Origin: Bacteroidota bacterium
GTDB taxonomy: Bacteria > Bacteroidota > Bacteroidia > AKYH767-A > OLB10
Reading direction: 5' to 3'
NCBI GenBank assembly: GCA_046052065.1
Contig: JBJOND010000002.1
Span: 31,224 to 95,223, forward strand
Length of the DNA stretch: 64,000 nucleotides
The notes under the pieces were generated by a model. It did no database searches. It was not told where the DNA came from and saw nothing but the letters and a program-made list of their open reading frames with translations. A program made the position numbers and the translations under genes. Shown piece after piece: positions 55,231 through 63,521 of the stretch; the first letter of the stretch is position 1; the number at the start of each line of letters is the position of its first letter.

Positions 55231-55254
55231 GTAATTTTACCCAATAGATTTATC

Positions 55255-56436
55255 GTGATTTTAGTAGCCAAGACATTTGCCGGATGTGAGTCCATTTTAG
55301 CGGAAGAGTTAGCCCAATTAGGTGCCACCAACATTCGTGAATTAACAAGAGCCGTTGAGTTTGAAGGTGATCAGGCCCTTATGTATAAAGCTAATTTGCA
55401 TTGCCGTACTGCCCTTCGTATACTTAAACCTTATACTACTTTTGAAGCTTCTGATGAGGAAATGTTGTATGAAAATATTCAGGCAATCGATTGGAGTGAG
55501 CATTTTTCGTTAGAACAAACTTTTGCGATTAACACTACGCTTAACCTATCTAACCTCACCCATTCTCAATATGTTTCGCTAAAAGCAAAGGATGCGATTG
55601 TGGATCAGTTCAGAGATAAATATGATGATCGTCCGAATGTAGATACCGAACAACCTGACTTACGCATTCACTTACATATCTACGATAATCAGTGTACGCT
55701 TTCTTTTGATAGTTCGGGAGAATCACTGCATAAACGTGGCTATCGCGATTATACCAATCAAGCACCATTGAACGAAGCACTAGCTGCTGCGCTCGTCATT
55801 ACAAGTGGTTGGGATAAAGAAAGTACGCTAGCAGATTATATGTGCGGTAGTGGTACAATCCTGATTGAAGCCGCAATGATCATGCGCAATATTGCACCGA
55901 ATAAATTCAAGCATCGCTTCGGATTTGAAACCTGGAAAGACTATGATGCTAAATTGTGGAAGTCGATTTATAACGATGCTATCTACAATGAAAAACCTGC
56001 TGGAGCAGTCAAACTATATGGTTCTGATATCAGCGGCGCTGTAATTGAAAAAGCAAAAGAGAATATTGAAAATGCAGGATTGAGTGACACGATTATCGTT
56101 CGTAAAAATCCGTTTGAGCGTTTTAAAAAACCTAGTGATACAGGCACATTGATATGCAATCCTCCTTACGGATTAAGAATAGAACCCAAAGATATTTTAG
56201 CCATGTATCAGAAAATGGGTGATGTGATGAAGCAAGAATTGAAAGGCTGGACCTGTTGGATTTTCACAGGTAATTTAGAAGTCGCAAAATTTATCGGACT
56301 ACGTACTACTCGTAAAATTCCATTGTACAACGGACCTATTGAATGTCGTTTTTTGAAGTACGAGATTTACGATGGTTCTAAGAAAGCGAAAAAACAAAAT
56401 GCTGAAGAAGAATTAAATTCTAACGAAGAATTATAA
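55255..56436 (+). CDS. THUMP-domain class I SAM-dependent RNA methyltransferase (RlmL/YpsC-like)
   Basis: THUMP-like N-terminus, SAM motif DYMCGSGTILIEA, catalytic NPPYG (CNPPYGLRI). GTG start. Confidence 0.85.
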   Translation: MILVAKTFAGCESILAEELAQLGATNIRELTRAVEFEGDQALMYKANLHCRTALRILKPYTTFEASDEEMLYENIQAIDWSEHFSLEQTFAINTTLNLSNLTHSQYVSLKAKDAIVDQFRDKYDDRPNVDTEQPDLRIHLHIYDNQCTLSFDSSGESLHKRGYRDYTNQAPLNEALAAALVITSGWDKESTLADYMCGSGTILIEAAMIMRNIAPNKFKHRFGFETWKDYDAKLWKSIYNDAIYNEKPAGAVKLYGSDISGAVIEKAKENIENAGLSDTIIVRKNPFERFKKPSDTGTLICNPPYGLRIEPKDILAMYQKMGDVMKQELKGWTCWIFTGNLEVAKFIGLRTTRKIPLYNGPIECRFLKYEIYDGSKKAKKQNAEEELNSNEEL

Positions 56437-56814
56437 TTCATCTAAAAATTCGCAAACAGAAGCAAAGTAAGATTCTACCCAACCTTCTGTGATATTTTCA
56501 AAATGCTCATCAGGAATGTTCGTATGACGTAACTCAATCGAAGTTCCATCATCAGCTGCATGAAGCTTGATTGTAACGATACTTGGTTCTTCTTGCTCAT
56601 CAAAATACCATTGCTGTTGAATCATTTTATTCTTCTCAAAAGCAAGGTTTTTACCGGTGATACTTCCCTCCCACAATGAAAATTCAGACTCAGGAGTTTC
56701 AGACATCGTAGCCTCCTCACCCGACCATAGTTCGATGACCATTGGATTTGTTAGCGCATTATAAACATCAGCTGGAGATGCAGAAGTTGTAAAGTACTTT
56801 TTAAAATCTTTCAT
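56431..56814 (-). CDS. SRPBCC / AHSA1 (START-like) family protein
   Basis: 127 aa. VYNALTNPMVIELWSG...GWVESYF pattern of Aha1-domain proteins. Convergent 6-nt overlap with the methyltransferase gene. Confidence 0.7.
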   Translation of the reverse strand: MKDFKKYFTTSASPADVYNALTNPMVIELWSGEEATMSETPESEFSLWEGSITGKNLAFEKNKMIQQQWYFDEQEEPSIVTIKLHAADDGTSIELRHTNIPDEHFENITEGWVESYFASVCEFLDEL

Positions 56815-56817
56815 TCA

Positions 56818-56825
56818 CAAAAATA
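56818..56825 (-). promoter_or_regulatory. -7 box (TATTTTTG on the minus strand) 3 nt upstream of the SRPBCC ATG
   Basis: Exact TAnnTTTG match. Leaderless-type geometry. Confidence 0.35.
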
Positions 56826-56868
56826 ACTTTTATCTTACAATTAACGGCATTGCATAAGTACATTTCAA

Positions 56869-56876
56869 TTAACTTT
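56869..56876 (+). promoter_or_regulatory. -7 box TAACTTTG for the PLD operon
   Basis: Exact TAnnTTTG match, 18 nt upstream of the ATG at 56895. A TTG at 56849-56851 could serve as the -33 element. Confidence 0.45.
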
Positions 56877-56894
56877 GCTTTACATCCAACCACA

Positions 56895-58256
56895 ATGAAA
56901 TTACACCATTTTTTACTTGTCTGCCTGTTATTTTTATCTATTACTAAGAAATCGTATACTCAGTCGGTTAAAGTATATTTTAATCAACCCATCAATTCAT
57001 CTGTTTCAAATGGAACTACTGCTGTTTATTTGAATGATACATTTGATGACACCATAGCTGCGTATATCAATAGAGCGATGTACTCCATAGATATCGCCAT
57101 GTACAATTTTACTACTGGAACAAATACCGATAACATCGGACAAGCTGTTAATGATGCATATAACAGAGGAGTGCAAATTAGATGGATTTATAATAGCAGT
57201 TCGTCGAATTCAGGACTAACATCCTTAAATGTAAATATTCCAACTTTAGGAAGTCCTTCCTCTTCACAGTATGGTATCATGCATAATAAATTCATGGTCA
57301 TCGATATCAATCATCCCGACACTTCGAAAACAATTGTATTTTCTGGGTCATGCAATTGGACAGAGCAGCAATTAGTAAACGACTATAACAATATTGTTTT
57401 TATTCAAAGTAAAACAGTAGCGCAAGCATTTTTAACTGAGTTTAATGAAATGTGGGGAGATACAGGATTGCAGCCGAATCCAGGCAATTCAAAATTTGGA
57501 TCTTTCAAAACAAATAACACCCAACATATTTTTAATGTTGATGGTAAGCAATTAGAAGTCTATTTTTCACCAAGTGATCAAACAGAATCGCAATTACTAA
57601 ATATTATTAGCTCTGCAAATACAAATTTAAATTTTGGTGTTTATGCATTTACAAGAACTGGAGTAGCTGATAGTATTATTGCCTCCCATTTAAGAGGTGT
57701 TTATGTAGCAGGAATAATAGACAACTTTAGCTCTAGTTATTCGCCTAAATCAATGCTAGCGCCTTATCTAATGAATCAGTTATTGACATTTACATTGACC
57801 TATGTTTATCATCATAAGTTTGTACTGGCAGATGCATGTAATAACAATAGCGATCCAACTGTTGGTAGCGGTTCACATAACTGGTCGTTAAGTGCAGAAA
57901 CAAGAAATGATGAGAATTTTATCATTTTTCATGATGCTGATATCACCAATCAATTTTACCAGTCATTCTATGCAAGCGCTTTATTACTTGGATTAACAAT
58001 TCCACCTTGCAATACAATAGCAGGAATAGAAAATGAACAATTCATAACGCCGAGTATATACCCTAATCCGATTTTAACCGATTTTAAAATTGATGGTATT
58101 GAAAATTATAACTGGCTTTTGAAAAATCAACTAGGACAATCAATAAAAAGCGGAAATCAAACATCAACTAGTTTACAAGATTTACCAAGCGGACTTTATT
58201 TTATAGAAGTCAAGCATAAAAATCAATCTTACAATTATCGAATAATAAAGAAATGA
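56895..58256 (+). CDS. Phospholipase D-superfamily (two HKD motifs) phosphodiesterase/nuclease with a T9SS type-A CTD
   Basis: Signal peptide MKLHHFLLVCLLFL. HKD motifs HNKFMVID..GSCNWT and HHKFVLAD..GSHNWS. C-terminus is IYPNPILTDF...GLYFIEV. Confidence 0.85.
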   Translation: MKLHHFLLVCLLFLSITKKSYTQSVKVYFNQPINSSVSNGTTAVYLNDTFDDTIAAYINRAMYSIDIAMYNFTTGTNTDNIGQAVNDAYNRGVQIRWIYNSSSSNSGLTSLNVNIPTLGSPSSSQYGIMHNKFMVIDINHPDTSKTIVFSGSCNWTEQQLVNDYNNIVFIQSKTVAQAFLTEFNEMWGDTGLQPNPGNSKFGSFKTNNTQHIFNVDGKQLEVYFSPSDQTESQLLNIISSANTNLNFGVYAFTRTGVADSIIASHLRGVYVAGIIDNFSSSYSPKSMLAPYLMNQLLTFTLTYVYHHKFVLADACNNNSDPTVGSGSHNWSLSAETRNDENFIIFHDADITNQFYQSFYASALLLGLTIPPCNTIAGIENEQFITPSIYPNPILTDFKIDGIENYNWLLKNQLGQSIKSGNQTSTSLQDLPSGLYFIEVKHKNQSYNYRIIKK

Positions 58257-60697
58257 AAAAGGGTTTAATTCTATTGTTGCTTTTAATAACTAAGTTATAT
58301 GCTTTTTCTCAGATGCATTTTTCTTTGCGAGAGGATTTGTTAAAGTTAAAGAACACAACCACCATTTTATATCTTGCTGCACATCCTGATGATGAAAATA
58401 ATTTACTGATTGGTTATTTAGCAAAAGGAAAACATTATCGGACAATTTATCTTTCGTTAACGCGTGGTGATGGTGGGCAGAATTTAATTGGTACAGAACA
58501 AGGTCCTGAGTTAGGAATTTTAAGAACACAAGAATTATTAAAAGCACGAAGCACAGATGGCGGTGAACAATTATTTAGTCACGCCTATGATTTCGGATTT
58601 TCTAAATCTGCAGAAGAAACATTTGAACATTGGGACCAAGGAGCTTTATTAAAAGATGTAATTCAAGCAATTCGTATTACTCAACCAGATGTAATTGTAT
58701 GTCGTTTTCCTGCTGATACGCGTGCTGGTCACGGACATCATATTGCTAGTGCCATGCTTGCTAAAATAGCTTATTCGTTAGCCGGAGATGAGAACTATAA
58801 AATCTATTTGTATCCTGAATTAAATCCTTTAAAATCAAACGAACTTATTAATTTGAAGCCATGGAAATCGAATGCCTTACTTTGGAACACTTTCGATAAA
58901 AATGATTCTACAAATACAGACTCATTAATTAAAGTATCCATTGCTGGTATCGATTCATCAACAGGAAAGACTTTTCAAGAATTAGCTGCGGATAGTCGCT
59001 CGATGCATAAATGTCAAGGATTTGGTGTTGCTCCTGATTATACATCAACTCAAGAATACTTTGAAATTATTGAGAGGAAGGATTCTACAACTACTATTGA
59101 TTTAGACCATTTAAAAAATCAAAAATGGTTGCAAGAAAAAAATGGAAAACAAATTATTAAAAGCATTGATGATTTGATAAACAATGAACGAAACTATTCT
59201 TTTGAAACAACGCTTGATAAATTATTTGCCCTACGCAATCAATTAAAAACAATTGATGATAAAGAGCTAAGAAATAATAAAATGGAACAAATAGAGAGTA
59301 TTATAAAAAACTATTCTCAGCTTCGTATTTCTTGTTTTGCAAATGACGAACGTTACGGGATTAATGAATCGCTACAATTTACACTTGCTGTTTTCAATCC
59401 GCAACCTACAACCACCTTCCAATTAATTGCAAACAATGATTTAATTCCAGTAGCTCCGTTGCAAAATGTTTCATTGCCAAAATCAATTATAGCTTACATC
59501 ACTTCACAACCTTTCTGGTTATCTAAACCTATTCAACAGGATTTATTTTCTTTTAATCAGAATGGATTAATTCATGGTAATAATTTGAATAGCCATGTAT
59601 ATAACTTGCAATTAATCTGGAAGAAAGATACACTTAATTGGAACGTCCCAATCAACTATCAATATGTAAATCCAAATTCTGGAGAAGAAAAACGCTCGTT
59701 AATTATTTGTGATGGTGTTTATTCTGCTTCAGTCACAAGTACTTTATCATTTCAAAACAACAATACGAATAAAGTCACGATACAACTAACTAATCCATAT
59801 AATAAGCCTTATCAATGTCGTATTAAACCTGTGTTTTCAAACAACGAATATCAATCGTTGCAAAATGATACAATGATTCGTTTTTCTTCAAAAGGAGAAA
59901 CCAAGGTAATTACTTTCGATATACTTAAAAGCAATCTTGCATTAAAAACTGATTTAAGTTTTGCAATCATCGATAGTATTCAAACTTATACTTTAAGTGA
60001 GCTTCGTGAAATTCAATATCCGCATATTGATAAGCAACATTATTTCAAGCCTGTTACGATTCAATTACTGAATCCTTCATTTATTATCAAGACAGGAAAA
60101 GTAGCCTATCTGATGGGTAGCGGTGATAAGATTCCTGATGTTTTGAAAGCACTCGGAATTGAAGTTGATGTTTTTAAAGAAAACGATTTAGCCAAGTTGG
60201 ATGTAAACCAATATAAAGTAATCATAGCGGGCATACGTTTATACAATACGAATAAGGAAATTCACACACTGCACAACAAGCTAAACGAGTTTATTTTTAA
60301 TGGAGGCAAATACATCGTACAGTATAATACCTCTAAGGAAAATGAAATTGGCCCTTACCCTTTTAAGGTTGGAAAAAGCAGAGTAACGGAAGAATATTCT
60401 ACTGTAACCATTACAGATTCTTTATGTAAAGAGTTAAATTACCCGAATAAAATTACAACTAGCGACTTCAATAATTGGATTCATGAACGTGGAATTTATT
60501 TCGTAGAAAATATTGATTCGAATTTCATTGCTCCATTGCAGATGAATGATCGAAAAGAAAATCCACATACGGGAAGCTTAATCATCGCTAACTATGGAAA
60601 GGGAAAATTCATTTATACAGGTATATCCTTCTTCCGACAATTACCGGCACATGTTGAAGGAGCCACTAAATTATTTCTGAATCTGATTGCTGAGTAA
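58253..60697 (+). CDS. Giant PIG-L/LmbE-family deacetylase (N-terminal LmbE domain plus ~600 aa of uncharacterised domains), exported
   Basis: Signal peptide. LYLAAHPDDEN zinc-site motif and a HGHH segment. 814 aa. The ATG overlaps the PLD gene's stop (ATGA). Confidence 0.8.
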   Translation: MKKGLILLLLLITKLYAFSQMHFSLREDLLKLKNTTTILYLAAHPDDENNLLIGYLAKGKHYRTIYLSLTRGDGGQNLIGTEQGPELGILRTQELLKARSTDGGEQLFSHAYDFGFSKSAEETFEHWDQGALLKDVIQAIRITQPDVIVCRFPADTRAGHGHHIASAMLAKIAYSLAGDENYKIYLYPELNPLKSNELINLKPWKSNALLWNTFDKNDSTNTDSLIKVSIAGIDSSTGKTFQELAADSRSMHKCQGFGVAPDYTSTQEYFEIIERKDSTTTIDLDHLKNQKWLQEKNGKQIIKSIDDLINNERNYSFETTLDKLFALRNQLKTIDDKELRNNKMEQIESIIKNYSQLRISCFANDERYGINESLQFTLAVFNPQPTTTFQLIANNDLIPVAPLQNVSLPKSIIAYITSQPFWLSKPIQQDLFSFNQNGLIHGNNLNSHVYNLQLIWKKDTLNWNVPINYQYVNPNSGEEKRSLIICDGVYSASVTSTLSFQNNNTNKVTIQLTNPYNKPYQCRIKPVFSNNEYQSLQNDTMIRFSSKGETKVITFDILKSNLALKTDLSFAIIDSIQTYTLSELREIQYPHIDKQHYFKPVTIQLLNPSFIIKTGKVAYLMGSGDKIPDVLKALGIEVDVFKENDLAKLDVNQYKVIIAGIRLYNTNKEIHTLHNKLNEFIFNGGKYIVQYNTSKENEIGPYPFKVGKSRVTEEYSTVTITDSLCKELNYPNKITTSDFNNWIHERGIYFVENIDSNFIAPLQMNDRKENPHTGSLIIANYGKGKFIYTGISFFRQLPAHVEGATKLFLNLIAE

Positions 60698-60699
60698 CA

Positions 60700-61923
60700 A
60701 TGGAAAAAAAACTTTATCATTCACCATTTAACATTGCAGTTTTAGCAGCTGGCTTAGGTTTCTTTATTGATGCATTTGATTTGTTTTTGTTCAATGTTTA
60801 TCGGATTCCTTCTTTGAAAGAATTAGGATTAAGTGGAGAAACATTAACCAGAACAGGAGAATATTTACTATCCGTTCAGATGTTAGGAATGATGATTGGC
60901 GGAGTATTAAGTGGAGTTATTGCCGATAAAAAAGGACGCGTCACGGTTTTATTTGGATCTATCCTACTCTATTCACTTGCTAATATTGCTAACGGATTTG
61001 TAAATGACGTAAATACGTACGCGATAGTCCGCTTTTTAGCAGGTGTAGGACTAGCAGGCGAATTAGGTGCGGGCATTACACTCGTAGGAGAAAGCATGAG
61101 TATTGAAAAGCGTGGATACGGCACCATTCTCGTTGCAACGCTCGGAGGATTAGGTGCTGTTAGTGCTGGACTAGCAGGTGACTTTTTACCTTGGCGAACA
61201 GCATTTATTGCAGCTGGAATCGTAGGCTTTCTTTTATTACTGATGCGAGTAAAATCGATGGAGACAGGAATATTTAAAGAAAGTCAGTCGGTAGCAAAAC
61301 ACAAAGGCTCTTTCCTTCATTTATTTAGCAATCGTCAACGAACATTTAAATATTTCGCTTGCATATTGATGGGTGTTCCAATCTGGTATAGTGTGGGATT
61401 ATTAATTACGTTGTCACCTGAATTAGCTAAAGAACACAATATCGAATTATTAAAACTCGGACTTTGTTTTATACTATTTCAAACAGGAATTACAAGTGGT
61501 GACTTAACCAGTGGCATTTTAAGTCAGTGGATGAAAAGCAGAAAAAAGGTTTTACTGATTTTTATGAGCATTGCTATTATTGGAACCATATTACATTTCA
61601 ATCAGCTTTATCTATCCTCAGCAATTTATTTCACTTCCTTTCTGATGGGATTCGGATGTGGTTATTTATCTGTTTTTGTAACATCAACATCTGAACACTT
61701 TGGAACCAATTTACGCGTTACTGTAACAGCCACAGTTACTAATTTTATGCGAGGAGCAGTCACGATATTAATACCATTAAGAATCTTTATTCAAAATCAA
61801 GGAGGTTTTTCGCTTACCTCCTCCTTAATAATTACAGGTTGCATAGTGTGGTTTATAGCCATAATGTCAGTTTTATTATTACCTGATACCTACGGAAAAG
61901 ACCTTCATTTCGTTGAAGAATAA
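60700..61923 (+). CDS. MFS transporter
   Basis: About 12 hydrophobic helices. GVIADKKGR loop 2-3 motif. Starts 2 nt after the deacetylase gene's stop. Confidence 0.85.
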   Translation: MEKKLYHSPFNIAVLAAGLGFFIDAFDLFLFNVYRIPSLKELGLSGETLTRTGEYLLSVQMLGMMIGGVLSGVIADKKGRVTVLFGSILLYSLANIANGFVNDVNTYAIVRFLAGVGLAGELGAGITLVGESMSIEKRGYGTILVATLGGLGAVSAGLAGDFLPWRTAFIAAGIVGFLLLLMRVKSMETGIFKESQSVAKHKGSFLHLFSNRQRTFKYFACILMGVPIWYSVGLLITLSPELAKEHNIELLKLGLCFILFQTGITSGDLTSGILSQWMKSRKKVLLIFMSIAIIGTILHFNQLYLSSAIYFTSFLMGFGCGYLSVFVTSTSEHFGTNLRVTVTATVTNFMRGAVTILIPLRIFIQNQGGFSLTSSLIITGCIVWFIAIMSVLLLPDTYGKDLHFVEE

Positions 61924-61931
61924 ATTAGAAT

Positions 61932-61939
61932 TATCTTTG
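61932..61939 (+). promoter_or_regulatory. -7 box TATCTTTG for the S8 peptidase gene
   Basis: Exact TAnnTTTG match, 19 nt upstream of the ATG at 61959. Confidence 0.45.
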
Positions 61940-61958
61940 TCAAACAGAAAACTATATC

Positions 61959-63521
61959 ATGAAAAAACTTCTTTTATTAGGCTTAGCCCTTACCTCATTT
62001 AACTTTTCACATGCTCAGGAAAATAGCAATGAAAATGTACTTGACTTAACTCGCAATGCGATGAAAAGCTGGCAACATAATGATCCAGCTAAAGATCGTT
62101 TTACAGGAATATCTACCAATACTGCCTTGTCTAAAATTTCAGATCCAAACAATTTTAAAGATATCGTTGTAGCAGTTATGGATGGTGGAACGGATGTAGA
62201 ACACGAAGATTTAAAAAATAATTTGTGGATAAACACCAAAGAAGTAGCAGGCAATGGAATTGATGACGACAAAAATGGTTACATCGATGATATCTATGGC
62301 TGGAATTTTATAGGTGGTAAAAATGGTGATGTTGGTCCTGATAATATAGAGCTAACACGTCTCTATAAATTAGGAAAAGAAAAATTGCCCTCTCAATACA
62401 ATTGGAAAACAATTAAAAAAGCGTATGCTAAAAAAGTAAAAGAGAATAAGAAAATGAAGGAGTTTGTTGACGGCATCAACAACATGTTTGATGGTGCAGA
62501 GAAACAAGCAAATAAAACTGTATTAACAGCAGCCGACTTACAAAATTATCAAGCAAAAGGAGCTACATTGAAATTAATCAAGAAAGCAATTGTTGGAGCA
62601 TTAGCTCAGGGTGCTGATTACAATGATATAAAAAACTCATTATTAGAAGGCAAAAAACAAATTGATAATGCAGTAAATTATCATATGAATACTGCTTTTG
62701 ATTCACGCGAAATTGTTGGTGATAACTACAGTAATTTGAATGAAAAGAATTATGGCAACAATAGTGTTGCTGGTCCTGATGCATTACATGGAACTCATGT
62801 TGCTGGTATTATTGGAGCAGTAAGAAATAACGACTTAGGAATGGATGGTGTTGCTGATCACGTAAAAATTATGGTGGTGCGTGTAGTACCTGATGGTGAT
62901 GAGCGAGATAAAGATGTAGCTAATGGAATTCGTTATGCAGTTGATAATGGAGCACAAATCATCAATATGAGTTTTGGAAAAAGCTATTCTCCAAATAAAG
63001 AAGTAGTTGATGAAGCAGTAAAATATGCTGAATCGAAAGGAGTATTAATTATTCATGCAGCTGGAAATGATAATAGTGACAATGACCAATCAGCTAACTA
63101 TCCAAATGCAAAATATAGCAATGGAACTGTTGCATCTAATTGGATTGAAGTAGGTGCTTCTGATATGTCAGGTAAGGCTGCTGCCTTTTCTAATTACGGT
63201 AAAACAACAGTAGATTTATTTGCACCGGGAGTAGAAATTTACTCTGCTTTACCAGGTAGTAAATACGGTAACGAAAGCGGAACTAGCATGGCATCTCCAG
63301 TAGTTGCAGGTGTTACAGCATTAGTATGGTCTTATTTTCCAAATCTAACAGCTGGGCAGGTACGTGAAGTAATTATTAACTCGGTAGAGGTGGATAACGA
63401 AACGACAACTTTACCAGGAAACTCAAAGAAAATTGTCCCTTTTAATACTTTAAGTAAAACAGGCGGAAGAATTAATGCTGCAAAAGCAATTGAAAATGCA
63501 GCTAAATTGAGTGTGAACTAA
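61959..63521 (+). CDS. S8 (subtilisin) family serine peptidase, secreted
   Basis: Catalytic triad contexts VAVMDGGTD (Asp), HGTHVAGIIGA (His), SGTSMASPVVAG (Ser). DDDKNGYIDDIYGWNF insert. Confidence 0.9.
   Translation: MKKLLLLGLALTSFNFSHAQENSNENVLDLTRNAMKSWQHNDPAKDRFTGISTNTALSKISDPNNFKDIVVAVMDGGTDVEHEDLKNNLWINTKEVAGNGIDDDKNGYIDDIYGWNFIGGKNGDVGPDNIELTRLYKLGKEKLPSQYNWKTIKKAYAKKVKENKKMKEFVDGINNMFDGAEKQANKTVLTAADLQNYQAKGATLKLIKKAIVGALAQGADYNDIKNSLLEGKKQIDNAVNYHMNTAFDSREIVGDNYSNLNEKNYGNNSVAGPDALHGTHVAGIIGAVRNNDLGMDGVADHVKIMVVRVVPDGDERDKDVANGIRYAVDNGAQIINMSFGKSYSPNKEVVDEAVKYAESKGVLIIHAAGNDNSDNDQSANYPNAKYSNGTVASNWIEVGASDMSGKAAAFSNYGKTTVDLFAPGVEIYSALPGSKYGNESGTSMASPVVAGVTALVWSYFPNLTAGQVREVIINSVEVDNETTTLPGNSKKIVPFNTLSKTGGRINAAKAIENAAKLSVN

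Noticed and set aside
62224-62232. Perfect DnaA-box-like nonamer TGTGGATAA, considered as an oriC signal given the nearby parAB (about 28 kb away)
   Set aside because: It is a single copy inside the S8 peptidase coding sequence. I saw no cluster of boxes and no AT-rich unwinding element in an intergenic region.
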